A DNA stretch of 64,000 nucleotides from Phycisphaeraceae bacterium (lineage in GTDB: Bacteria > Planctomycetota > Phycisphaerae > Phycisphaerales > Phycisphaeraceae), in contig OY771506.1 of NCBI GenBank assembly GCA_963674705.1, forward strand, positions 3,360,001-3,424,000, in the 5' to 3' direction. Position 1 is the first letter of the stretch, and each line of letters starts with the position of its first letter. Below are positions 47,794 to 57,348 of the stretch, piece after piece. The notes beneath the pieces were generated by a model. That model did not search any database, had not been told where the DNA came from, and saw nothing but the letters and a program-made list of their open reading frames with translations. A program made the position numbers and the translations under genes.

Positions 47794-47796
47794 ACC

Positions 47797-48399
47797 ATGA
47801 GCCAGAAAAAGATTATTGAACGCTACTACGAGCACCACGATACGATCCAGAGTGACAAGTTGTCGCAGATCGTTTCGGACCTGTGGTTAGCAGAGGAAGG
47901 CACCAATACCACCAAGCTTTGGGGCAAAGCCCAGATCGCGCTGATGCGGATGGGGGTGGATGCCAACCGCGTCGCCAAGATCGTGGGCAAGCGGGACGTG
48001 GAGGGGTTGGCGGAACTGGTGAAGGAAGTGGATAAAGAGGGGGCTAAGCCGCAAGCCGCTGAACCGGATGTGCCGAAGAAGGCGGCGGGTGCGATCCCGG
48101 TCAATGACAAGCGCACGATCAAGCAGATGCAGGCGGACGTTGCGGCGCGTGACGGGCACGACTCGCTGGACCGAGATAATCTCAAGCGAGCGATGAAGGC
48201 GTTCCGTAAGAAGCTCAAGAGCATGCGACGCGACGATGAATCCAAGTTAGGCAACCGCTACACCACCTACGGCAAACAGTCGCACATCACCGCCATCACC
48301 CCGCCGAACATGTACCCGACAGCGGTGTGGGAGAAATTGGTGGAAGAGGGACGGCTCAAAAAGGGCGGCCAAGGGACGTATGAGCTGCCGGAGCAATAG
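47797..48399 (+). CDS. Hypothetical two-domain basic protein
   Basis: 200 aa, host-like codon usage, central Pro/Ala/Lys linker. Confidence 0.8.
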   Translation: MSQKKIIERYYEHHDTIQSDKLSQIVSDLWLAEEGTNTTKLWGKAQIALMRMGVDANRVAKIVGKRDVEGLAELVKEVDKEGAKPQAAEPDVPKKAAGAIPVNDKRTIKQMQADVAARDGHDSLDRDNLKRAMKAFRKKLKSMRRDDESKLGNRYTTYGKQSHITAITPPNMYPTAVWEKLVEEGRLKKGGQGTYELPEQ

Positions 48400-48412
48400 G
48401 TGTTTGTTCGTT

Positions 48413-49069
48413 CTAAAAAACCATGTAGTGTAGAACGCATATCAACACGAGCAGGCCTGAAAAGATGAAAGAGATGATCAGCGAAATCAGCAGCACCACC
48501 CAGAAGATCGGGTTGATCATCAGGCTGAGTAACGCGAACGAACCGATTGCATCTGATGTGCTGCTGCTTAGCTGGTAGATCTTCCAGAGCACCTTTCCGA
48601 AGAAGATGTATGACTTCCAACGCTTGAATAGCGTGAGTCTGCCTTCATTGAGTTGGCTTAATTCCTGCTTATAACCCGAGACCGATTGGATTGCGTCGTC
48701 GGCTGTATTCAGGATCACGGACGGTATCTCGCCAACCGCGCTGAGGATCCGGTAATACACCCACAGCACACCGATCGGGACGGCCAGGATAATCAGCGGC
48801 AATGGTGTCCACAGCCAGGAGTGGCCTTTGATGACAACAAAGTACCACTGGAACAAAGCGATTGAGGTGATGTTCATCAACGCGACAAGGTAAACAACCA
48901 CCAGGCTGCGTCGTGACGTACCGGCTAAACGCTCGCTATACCTCACGAGCAGGTCGCGTACCTCGGCGATCTGTTTCGTGTCGAGGCAGACGAACTCGGT
49001 AGCCGGCTTGGCCAGATCAGGATTGATCCCTGGAACAGTTCTTGGCTGCGTGGATGTGGTATCTGTCAT
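48413..49069 (-). CDS. Hypothetical membrane protein
   Basis: 3-4 hydrophobic segments. Confidence 0.75.
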   Translation of the reverse strand: MTDTTSTQPRTVPGINPDLAKPATEFVCLDTKQIAEVRDLLVRYSERLAGTSRRSLVVVYLVALMNITSIALFQWYFVVIKGHSWLWTPLPLIILAVPIGVLWVYYRILSAVGEIPSVILNTADDAIQSVSGYKQELSQLNEGRLTLFKRWKSYIFFGKVLWKIYQLSSSTSDAIGSFALLSLMINPIFWVVLLISLIISFIFSGLLVLICVLHYMVF

Positions 49070-49072
49070 GGT

Positions 49073-49273
49073 TCACCGGAAGAATGTGTAAAGTGTAATC
49101 CCGTTTATTAAAAGGAAGATGAGCAACACAGGCATACACCCCGATTCTTTGCCTTTTTTCTTTGCATCCCGGTTGTAAGACCAGATCATGGCAACCACGT
49201 AAGCGATTCCGAAGATCACCGTGGAAGAGATGATCGCGAAGTACAGCAGGGGATCGTGAAGCAGGTCTTTCAT
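49073..49273 (-). CDS. Small two-TM protein
   Basis: MKDLLH start; two TMs with a basic loop. Confidence 0.65.
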   Translation of the reverse strand: MKDLLHDPLLYFAIISSTVIFGIAYVVAMIWSYNRDAKKKGKESGCMPVLLIFLLINGITLYTFFR

Positions 49274-49311
49274 GGGGGTAATGTAGTGTGAATGTGGGTA
49301 CAAGCAAGAAA

Positions 49312-49339
49312 CCCACGTTCGACGAACGTGGGCTTCGGG
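49312..49339. repeat. REP-like hairpin, copy 2
   Basis: Matches 11087-11114. Confidence 0.75.
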
Positions 49340-49362
49340 TAGATTGATGATTGTGACCTGTT

Positions 49363-52074
49363 TTACGCTGCGTCAGATGTCGAGCTGCCTTCGAGGTCGA
49401 CATCAGCGTCGCCGTTATCTGAGGGCTGGTCGGCGACGTTGGGGACGTAACCTTCCTCGATGAGTTTCCCGTCCTTGGTCTTGATTTGCGGAACAGGATT
49501 TTCCTTATCGTGCTGAGCCCAGGCTTTTTCGAGTTCCTTCTGCTTGTCTTCTTCGACGGCTGACCATGCCAGGCGTCCGCGGCACTTCGGGAAGGCGGAG
49601 CAGCTCAACCAGAGCCCGCGTTTGGAGTCACGCATGTTTAATGGGCTCTCACACTTCGGGCACGGGATGTCCGTCAGGTAGGGCGGCGTCTTCGGCAGCT
49701 TCACGCCACCTTTTTTCGGATCGAGATTGACGATGCCTTTACAGGTCGGGTAATCGACACAGCCGAGGAACGGGCCGAAGCGGCCGGTGCGTTTGGTCAT
49801 GCCTTTGCCGCAGAGCGGGCAGAGGATGTCTGTCATCGCCGGTTCGACGGGATTGCCTTCACGGTCGATCGGTGCGGCGTAGTCGCAGCCTTCACCTTTC
49901 TTGATGAACGTTGAGCAGGAGAGGAACCGTCCGTTCTTGCCGAAGCGATAGACCGTGCCGGCTCCACACTTCGGACACTTGTGCGGCGCAGGTTCGGTGA
50001 CGGCCTTGGCGTGGTCGAGTTCTTCGTGTGCCTTGGCCAGACGATCTTTGAACGGGCCATAGAAGTCGGCGAGCATCTGACGCCAGTCGTGGTGCTCGTC
50101 CTCGATCTTGTCGAGTTCGTCTTCCATGTAGCGTGTGTATGCCACATCCATGACCTTGGGGAACGCTTCGGTCAGCATGTCGGATACAACCATACCCAGG
50201 TCGGTTGCGGCCAACCGTTTGTCGCGTGGGAATAGCGGCTCGACGTACTTGCGGTCCTGAATCGTTTGGATGATTGCGGCATAAGTCGAAGGCCGACCGA
50301 TGCCTTCTTCTTCCAGCTTCTTCTGCAGCGACGCTTCGGTGTAGCGCGGCGGCGGGCTGGTGAAGTGCTGGGTCGGGTCGACCTTCATCGGCCCAAGTTC
50401 CTGCTGTTCCTGAAGGGTTGGAAGGATCACGTCGTCCCCGCCATTGGGCAGGCCCATCGCCTTGTAGAAGCCGTCGAACGCCAGCGTCCGGCCGGTCGCA
50501 CGGAAGGTGGCGTCGGGCTTGAGCTGTGAGGCCTTGGCCTTGATCGTGATGGATGTTGAATCCCACTGGGCCGGTGTCATCTGACAGGCAACGAAGCGGC
50601 GCCAGATCAGGTCATACAAGCGGAACTGCTGGTCGTTGAGCTTGTTGCGAACCGAGTCGGGTGTGATGGAGACGTCGGTAGGGCGGATCGCCTCGTGGGC
50701 TTCCTGTGCGTCCTTATTGCTGGATGAGTAGAAGTTGGGTTTGTCAGGCAAGTAGTCCTTGCCGTAGCGTTTCTCGATGTAGTCACGCGCCATGTTCAGG
50801 GCTTCACCCGAGATGTGCGTGGAGTCGGTACGCATGTAGGTAATCAGGCCGGTCTGGCCGCGTGCGCCGCCGAGGTCAACACCTTCGTAGAGGCTTTGGG
50901 CGGTACGCATCGTGCGCTGCAGCGGGAAACCGAGACGGTTGGCAGCGGCCTGCTGCATCGTGCTGGTGATGAACGGGGCGCTGGGCTTGGTGCTTGTGCG
51001 TTTTGTCTGGATCGACTCGATCTTAAATTCGGGTCGATTGTCAGCCATGTGACCTTGATAGATGCAAAGGTTCTTGGCTGGGCCCTTGCCTTTGGGGTCT
51101 TCCGTTTCGATCGTGTCGTCGAGAGCCATACCCAGACGCTGTGCGGCCTTTAGCGCAACATCACGGTTGTCCGGCTTGAAGGCTTCGCCATCGATATCAA
51201 TCAACTCTGCTTTGAGGCAGGCGTGGTCGCTAAGCCAGGCATTCTGTTGCTTGATCGTCGCGGGCTTGGACTCGGGTTGCTCTGCAAGCCATTTGTCCCA
51301 GGCTTCACCCAACTTAACCGCTTTGGCGACCTCGGTGGCGAACAGGCCGGTGATACGCCAGTACTCATCCGGGATAAATGCGTCGATCTCACGTTCACGT
51401 TCGACGACCAGGCGGACCGCCACGGATTGCACACGGCCGGCGCTCAGGCCACCCGCCACTTTCTTCCATAGCAGGGGAGAGACCTGGTAGCCCACGATGC
51501 GGTCCAGAATGCGACGGGCCTGTTGAGCGTCGACCTTGCAGCCATCGATGCTGCGCGGGCTCTCGAAGGCTCTGGCGATCTCGGACTTGGTAATCGCGTT
51601 GAAGACCACACGCTTGGCGTCAAAGATCGGCACGCCCAGCGTGTCCGCGAGGTGCCAGGCGATGGCCTCTCCCTCGCGGTCAAGGTCGGTCGCGAACCAG
51701 ACGTCTACAGCCTGCTTGGCGGCTTTCTTCAAAGCGCTGACCGTGGTCTTTTTATCCTTGAGTATTTCGTAAGTGGGTTCGAAGTGATTTTCGAGGTCCA
51801 CACCGGGGACGGGGTTTTTTACACCCTTGGGATTACGCGGAGGCAGGTCACGGACGTGGCCGACGCTCGCCATCACGACGTAATCGGGGCCCAGGTACTT
51901 ATTGATAGTCTTGGCCTTGGTGGGGCTTTCGACGATAACCAGGTGCTTACCGGTGGCATCGACATTCTCCATGCCACGACGTCCACCCTTTCGGGCCGGT
52001 GCCTTTTTCTTGGCTGGGGCCTTCTTCGTGGTCTTCTTGGCCGTCTTGCTGGCTTTGGAGGTCTTTTTCGCCAT
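49363..52074 (-). CDS. topA: DNA topoisomerase I
   Basis: IVESPTKA, ATDLDREGE, SAGRVQS, ITYMRTDS, three C4 zinc ribbons. Confidence 0.98.
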   Translation of the reverse strand: MAKKTSKASKTAKKTTKKAPAKKKAPARKGGRRGMENVDATGKHLVIVESPTKAKTINKYLGPDYVVMASVGHVRDLPPRNPKGVKNPVPGVDLENHFEPTYEILKDKKTTVSALKKAAKQAVDVWFATDLDREGEAIAWHLADTLGVPIFDAKRVVFNAITKSEIARAFESPRSIDGCKVDAQQARRILDRIVGYQVSPLLWKKVAGGLSAGRVQSVAVRLVVEREREIDAFIPDEYWRITGLFATEVAKAVKLGEAWDKWLAEQPESKPATIKQQNAWLSDHACLKAELIDIDGEAFKPDNRDVALKAAQRLGMALDDTIETEDPKGKGPAKNLCIYQGHMADNRPEFKIESIQTKRTSTKPSAPFITSTMQQAAANRLGFPLQRTMRTAQSLYEGVDLGGARGQTGLITYMRTDSTHISGEALNMARDYIEKRYGKDYLPDKPNFYSSSNKDAQEAHEAIRPTDVSITPDSVRNKLNDQQFRLYDLIWRRFVACQMTPAQWDSTSITIKAKASQLKPDATFRATGRTLAFDGFYKAMGLPNGGDDVILPTLQEQQELGPMKVDPTQHFTSPPPRYTEASLQKKLEEEGIGRPSTYAAIIQTIQDRKYVEPLFPRDKRLAATDLGMVVSDMLTEAFPKVMDVAYTRYMEDELDKIEDEHHDWRQMLADFYGPFKDRLAKAHEELDHAKAVTEPAPHKCPKCGAGTVYRFGKNGRFLSCSTFIKKGEGCDYAAPIDREGNPVEPAMTDILCPLCGKGMTKRTGRFGPFLGCVDYPTCKGIVNLDPKKGGVKLPKTPPYLTDIPCPKCESPLNMRDSKRGLWLSCSAFPKCRGRLAWSAVEEDKQKELEKAWAQHDKENPVPQIKTKDGKLIEEGYVPNVADQPSDNGDADVDLEGSSTSDAA

Positions 52075-52308
52075 GGGTGTTTCGGGTACTGATTACGTCG
52101 TTTCGGCCAAATTCTAGGCCTCTATTCACACGGATAAATCCGGCGTTAGTCTAGGTCTCATCGGTCCGAATGTGGCCCGACACTTGAACAGCGAAACGTC
52201 CCGTTGTCAAGTATCGTCTCTAAGTGGTGTAAAGATAGGATAATATGAATTTGGTTCAAACGTCTCGGAATAGGCCCTAATTACCGATTAGCTCGATTTG
52301 AGGGGCTA

Positions 52309-53298
52309 TTACCGGACATAGGCCAGGGATCGTTCAGCCATCTCAGCAGGGCTCATCGCCTGGGCCGGCAACCAACTGACCTGCTGGAAGCGTCGCAGCC
52401 AAGTCCGCTGCTGCTTGGCGAACCGGCGAGTCAGGACTTTTGTCCGCTCAAAGGCCTCATCCAGCGTCCACCGGCCTTCCAGATGCTCCAGAACCTGCTT
52501 GTACCCCAAGGCCTCTCGGGCCTGCTCGCCCAACAGACCGGCCGCGTGGAGACGTTTGGTCTCGTCGGGCAGGCTCTCACCATTCGGACAGACGGCGGCC
52601 GCCAGTGCCGGGTCTACCTTCTCTGGATAGAACATCACCTTAACCCGCAGATTGATCCGGGAATTGATCTCCTCGACAGGCCAGTGCATCCCCAGCATCA
52701 CAGGGTTGTAACGATATTGCCGTTTCGGATCGTCTGCCCACTGCTGTTGCCTGCTGCTGATCGTCTGGCCGGTCATGTGGTGGACTTCAAGGGCACGGAC
52801 CAGGCGTTTGCGGTCGTTCGGGGCGATACGCCCGGCTGCTTCGGGGTCGATTTTAGAGACCCGCTCGTGCAATTCTGGGCCTTCGATGCCTTCCAGTGAG
52901 GCGCGAAATGCTTCGTCCTGCCCCGGACCTTCGAACATGCCTTCGAGCAGGGCTTTGAGGTAGAGGTTGGTTCCACCGACGATGATTGGCGTTTTGCCTT
53001 GGGATTGCAGGTTGGAGATGAGGCTTTCGACCTGCTCCAGCCAGTCGGCGACGGTGAAACGCTGCGTCGGTTCGACGATGTTGACCATGTGGTGGGGGAT
53101 CCGATCACGCAGGTCCTGGGGTGGCTTGGCGGTGCCGGCGTCCATCTGACGGTAGACCTGCATCGAATCTGCCCCGATCACCTCACCCTTGCCGGGCAAG
53201 CGCTCAGCCAATTCCACAGCCAGGTCGCTCTTGCCCCCGGCGGTGGGCCCGAGGATCACGATCGGTCGACATGTCTTCTCACTACTCATCCCGAGCAT
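52309..53298 (-). CDS. miaA: tRNA dimethylallyltransferase
   Basis: GPTAGGKS, DSMQVY, GTAKP, VGGTNLY, FAKQQRTW; start may be 53289. Confidence 0.96.
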   Translation of the reverse strand: MLGMSSEKTCRPIVILGPTAGGKSDLAVELAERLPGKGEVIGADSMQVYRQMDAGTAKPPQDLRDRIPHHMVNIVEPTQRFTVADWLEQVESLISNLQSQGKTPIIVGGTNLYLKALLEGMFEGPGQDEAFRASLEGIEGPELHERVSKIDPEAAGRIAPNDRKRLVRALEVHHMTGQTISSRQQQWADDPKRQYRYNPVMLGMHWPVEEINSRINLRVKVMFYPEKVDPALAAAVCPNGESLPDETKRLHAAGLLGEQAREALGYKQVLEHLEGRWTLDEAFERTKVLTRRFAKQQRTWLRRFQQVSWLPAQAMSPAEMAERSLAYVR

Positions 53299-53353
53299 TG
53301 TAGTAAACGGGACCGTCTACTACTGCCATGCTGTCTCGGGTTAGAATCCCCCT

Positions 53354-55519
53354 ATGCCTGAGGCTACATCCGATTCCAAACCGATCCGTCTCGGTTCGAA
53401 GGTGCAGGAGATCCCTGGTGTGGGTAAGAACCGGGCGCGGCTGTTTGGTCGGCTGGATATCCATACCGTCAGCGACCTGATCCGGCATCTACCGATGCGG
53501 TATGAGCATGAGGCGGAGGAGGGGGGGATCGGTCAGCTCCAAGCCGGCACGATCGGTTCTGCTCGCGGGATCGTGCAAGGCGCACAGTGGGTCAGCGGGG
53601 GATACGGGTCGGGCCGCAAGGGGCGTTTTACCGCGACGCTGGCCGACGATTCGGGCACACTGAGTCTGACGTGGTTCAATGCGGGTTACCTGCGCGACAA
53701 GTTGCATCCGGGTATGACCATCCGCGTGCAGGGGAAGGTCAAGCTATTCAACAACTACCCGCAGATGGTTAATCCAAAGTGGGAAGTATTAGAGGATGAA
53801 TCTGCGACGCCTGCCAGGCAGCAGCGCATCCGGCCGGTCTACCCCGCGACGGAAGACCTGCCTTCGGCCATCATCGAGAAGGTGATCGCAGAGGCGCTGC
53901 CACAGGTGTTGCCAGATTTGGCGGACCCGTTGCCGGGCGAGTTGCTACAGCATCACGAGATGCCGCCGCTGGCTCATGCGTTTGAATGGGCGCATAAGCC
54001 GGACAACATGGACCAGGCGGGCGCGGCACGTCGCCGGCTTGCGTTCAATGAGTTACTGCTATTACAACTTGGTATCGCAATGAAGCGTGCGTACGTGCAC
54101 GAACGTCTGGCGGCGCCGAGCCTGCGTTTTTCCAAGGCGATCGATAAGCACATCCGTGAGCGTTTTCCCTTTACGTTGACCGAGCAACAGGACGAAGCGG
54201 TTAACGAAATCGCCAAGGACATGAAGCAGCCGATCCCGATGAATCGGCTTTTGCAGGGCGATGTGGGAGCGGGCAAGACGGTGGTGGCGCTCTATGCCTT
54301 GCTGCTTGCGGTGGCGGACCGGATGCAAGGCGTTTTGCTTGCGCCGACGGAACTGCTGGCAGAGCAACACTTCGGCTCGATCTGCCGGATGCTTGAAGGC
54401 TCGGATGTATCCGTTGCCTTGCTGACCAGTACGACGCCGCCCAAGGCCGGGGGAGAACGCGAGCAGTTGCTTTCAGACATCGCGGAAGGCAAGACCGACC
54501 TTGTCGTGGGGACGCATGCATTACTGGCAGATCACGTTAAGTTCCACAACCTCGCGGTGGCGGTGATCGATGAACAGCACCGGTTCGGTGTGATGCAGCG
54601 TGCAGCCTTCCGTGATGCGAATAGGCACACCAAGACAGGTAAGGACGGCAAGAAGCATATCCCGCATCACCTGGTGATGACCGCGACACCGATCCCACGC
54701 ACGTTGAGTCTGACACTCTTCGGTGACTTAGATGTCTCGACGATCCGTGGCCTGCCTCCGGGGCGTACGCCGATCACGAACCGTGTGGTGACACGCCAGC
54801 AGTCGGATGAGGTTTATCGCTATCTGGCTGCACGTCTTGAACGAGGCGAGCAGGCCTATGTCGTCGTGCCTGCGATCGACGCGGCCGGCAAAGAGACGGA
54901 CAAGCAACTGACGAATGTGCGTGACCATGCGAAGCTTTTGCAGGATAAGTACTGCGAAGGTTTCAAAGTCGCGACGGTGCACGGCCGACTCAAGACCGAG
55001 ACACGCGAAAGAATCATGAACCAGTTCCGGGAAGGCAAGATCAATGTGCTGGTTGCCACGACGGTGATCGAAGTCGGTGTTGACGTGCCAAATGCAACGG
55101 TGATGATCATCGAACATGCTGAGCGGTTTGGGTTGGCGCAACTGCATCAATTGAGGGGTCGAGTCGGCAGGGGGGATCATGGCCGACGCAGTCTGTGCGT
55201 GTTTATTTCTGAACCCACAACGGAAGAAGCAGAAAAACGTCTGAAAGCGATTGCCGCGACGAATGACGGCTTCAAGATCGCTGAGCAGGACCTTGAAATC
55301 CGAGGTATGGGCGACTTCTTCGGCACACGCCAATCCGGCTTGCCGCCACTGCGTGTCGCTCGCATCCCCGAGGATATGGAACTCTTGCAGCTAGCCAAAC
55401 GTGATGCCAAGGAAGTTATCGATGCGGACCCCTTCCTGCATGAAGAAAAGAATCAGACGCTGCGCAAGATCCTCATGCATACCTACGGCGAAGCGATGGG
55501 GCTGATCGATGTGGGGTAG
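53354..55519 (+). CDS. recG: ATP-dependent DNA helicase RecG
   Basis: LLQGDVGAGKT, DEQHRFG, MTATPIPR, QLHQLRGRVGRG. Confidence 0.97.
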   Translation: MPEATSDSKPIRLGSKVQEIPGVGKNRARLFGRLDIHTVSDLIRHLPMRYEHEAEEGGIGQLQAGTIGSARGIVQGAQWVSGGYGSGRKGRFTATLADDSGTLSLTWFNAGYLRDKLHPGMTIRVQGKVKLFNNYPQMVNPKWEVLEDESATPARQQRIRPVYPATEDLPSAIIEKVIAEALPQVLPDLADPLPGELLQHHEMPPLAHAFEWAHKPDNMDQAGAARRRLAFNELLLLQLGIAMKRAYVHERLAAPSLRFSKAIDKHIRERFPFTLTEQQDEAVNEIAKDMKQPIPMNRLLQGDVGAGKTVVALYALLLAVADRMQGVLLAPTELLAEQHFGSICRMLEGSDVSVALLTSTTPPKAGGEREQLLSDIAEGKTDLVVGTHALLADHVKFHNLAVAVIDEQHRFGVMQRAAFRDANRHTKTGKDGKKHIPHHLVMTATPIPRTLSLTLFGDLDVSTIRGLPPGRTPITNRVVTRQQSDEVYRYLAARLERGEQAYVVVPAIDAAGKETDKQLTNVRDHAKLLQDKYCEGFKVATVHGRLKTETRERIMNQFREGKINVLVATTVIEVGVDVPNATVMIIEHAERFGLAQLHQLRGRVGRGDHGRRSLCVFISEPTTEEAEKRLKAIAATNDGFKIAEQDLEIRGMGDFFGTRQSGLPPLRVARIPEDMELLQLAKRDAKEVIDADPFLHEEKNQTLRKILMHTYGEAMGLIDVG

Positions 55520-55526
55520 TTAATTT

Positions 55527-55658
55527 ACCACAGAGACACAGAGGCACAGAGAAGAAGTGGAACAGGGATGGACACAGATGAACACAGATAGTCTGGATTA
55601 AGGACTACTTCTGTATATACACTTCTTATCCGTGTTCATCTGTGTCCATCCCTGTTCC
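55527..55658. repeat. CACAGAG-type repeat plus 32-bp inverted repeat pair
   Basis: ACCACAGAGACACAGAGGCACAGAG; GGAACAGGGATGGACACAGATGAACAC(A/G)GATA at 55559-55590 and inverted at 55627-55658. Confidence 0.85.
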
Positions 55659-56150
55659 TCCTAAATCTGGTTTAGGTTTCGGCGGTTTGTTTTCGCCGCG
55701 CCTGGCCTGGAAGAATGTTTGTAGTACAGCGGCGCATTCATCTTTCAAGACATCGGCTTCGACCTCCAATCGATGGTTGAAACGTGTGTCGGTGCAGATT
55801 TCGTAGAGCGTGTGCACGCAGCCCATCTTGGGGTCTGGTGCGCCGTACACCAGTCGAGTGATCCGGCTGTTCACGAGAGCCCCGGCGCACATCGGGCAAG
55901 GTTCGAGCGTGACGGCGATGGTGCAGCCGTCCAACCGCCATGTGCCGATTTTCTTTGCCGCTTCTTTGAGAGCGAGAATCTCCGCGTGGGCGGTCGGGTC
56001 GGCGGTGCTCTCTCGCAGGTTGTGGGCTTTGGCCAGGACCTCATCACCTCGATAAATCACCGCCCCGATCGGCACTTCGCCTATCGCCGCTGCCAGACTC
56101 GCCTCGGTCAGTGCGAGTTTCATCATGGATACGTCCAGATTGTCAGCCAT
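55626..56150 (-). CDS. tadA: tRNA-specific adenosine deaminase (not the pilus TadA)
   Basis: GEVPIGAV, TAHAE, LEPCPMC, DPK, FFQARR. Confidence 0.95.
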   Translation of the reverse strand: MADNLDVSMMKLALTEASLAAAIGEVPIGAVIYRGDEVLAKAHNLRESTADPTAHAEILALKEAAKKIGTWRLDGCTIAVTLEPCPMCAGALVNSRITRLVYGAPDPKMGCVHTLYEICTDTRFNHRLEVEADVLKDECAAVLQTFFQARRGENKPPKPKPDLGGTGMDTDEHG

Positions 56151-56205
56151 AGGCGCAAGTGTAGCCGACCTGTGAGTCGATGCGTAAATCAGATAGACTG
56201 ATACG

Positions 56206-57342
56206 GTGAAGATTCTTTGTGCTCCAGACAGTTTTAAAGGTTCGCTCTCAGCGATGCAGGTAGCACGGGCAATGGCGCGCGGCATCCTAAACGCGGATCC
56301 TGATGCCCATATCGATTTATGCCCGATCTCCGATGGCGGGGATGGTTTTATCAGTGCGATCTCACATGCTTGTCATCACACGCAGTACGCTCTGCGATGT
56401 CACGGGCCGCGCGGCAAGCAGATTGAGGCGGACTGGTTCATGCTGCACCAGAAAGGCGGCAGCCACAGTGCCGTGATCGAAATGGCGGCCGCGGCGGGAT
56501 TGCACCTGCTTGCCCCGGACGAGCGGGATGCGACGCAAACCACCACATACGGCGTCGGTGAACTGATTGCCCATGCCATCGGCCATGACGTTAGTGACAT
56601 TCTGATCGGTATAGGCGGCAGCGCGACCAACGACGGCGGTTGCGGCATGGCCCAGGCGCTGGGCGCACGGTTTTTCGATACTGAGGGCAATGAAATCGAC
56701 ACACCGATCACCGGCGGGATGCTGGAAAGTATCGCAAGCATCGACGTTTCGCCGCTGCGTGAAAAACTACGCGGTGTGACCGTGACTGTGGCGTGCGACG
56801 TGACCAATCCGTTGACCGGTTTGAATGGCGCGGCCCATATCTATGGCCCACAAAAAGGCGCGACACCCGAGGAAGTGGAGCAGCTTGATCGCGGTCTATC
56901 TCATCTGGTGGGACTTTGGCGGGATCTATTGGGCGTGGATGTTGAAAAGACGCCCGGCGCCGGCGCGGCGGGGGGATTGGGCGGCGGCCTGATTGCGTTC
57001 TGTCACGGCGAATTGCGATCGGGCGTGGAGATCGTGCTGGAGCAGGTGCGGTTTAATGAGCGCGTGAAGTTCAGCGACCTGTGCCTGACCGGCGAAGGCC
57101 AACTCGACGGCCAGTCCTTATCCGGCAAAGCGGTGCTTGGCGTGGCTAAAGCAGCAGCCAAACACAACGTCCCGACCATCGCCCTTGTGGGCAAACTAGG
57201 TCCGGGTTACGAGAAAGCGATCGCGGCCGGTCTGAAGGAAGCGATTGAAATCGGGCCGGGGCTGCCTGCAGAGCAGTCCATGTCACGTGCCGCTGAGCTA
57301 CTAAGTAGTGTGGCAGCCAAAACCGTTGCGCATTTTATCTGA
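56206..57342 (+). CDS. glxK: Glycerate kinase
   Basis: APDSFKGSL, DGGDG, GGSATNDGG, GAGAAGG, TGEG. Confidence 0.94.
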   Translation: MKILCAPDSFKGSLSAMQVARAMARGILNADPDAHIDLCPISDGGDGFISAISHACHHTQYALRCHGPRGKQIEADWFMLHQKGGSHSAVIEMAAAAGLHLLAPDERDATQTTTYGVGELIAHAIGHDVSDILIGIGGSATNDGGCGMAQALGARFFDTEGNEIDTPITGGMLESIASIDVSPLREKLRGVTVTVACDVTNPLTGLNGAAHIYGPQKGATPEEVEQLDRGLSHLVGLWRDLLGVDVEKTPGAGAAGGLGGGLIAFCHGELRSGVEIVLEQVRFNERVKFSDLCLTGEGQLDGQSLSGKAVLGVAKAAAKHNVPTIALVGKLGPGYEKAIAAGLKEAIEIGPGLPAEQSMSRAAELLSSVAAKTVAHFI

Positions 57343-57348
57343 GTTGGA

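Noticed and set aside
55626..56150. tadA as part of the Tad pilus system
   Set aside because: Name coincidence; HAE/PCxxC motifs identify the tRNA adenosine deaminase
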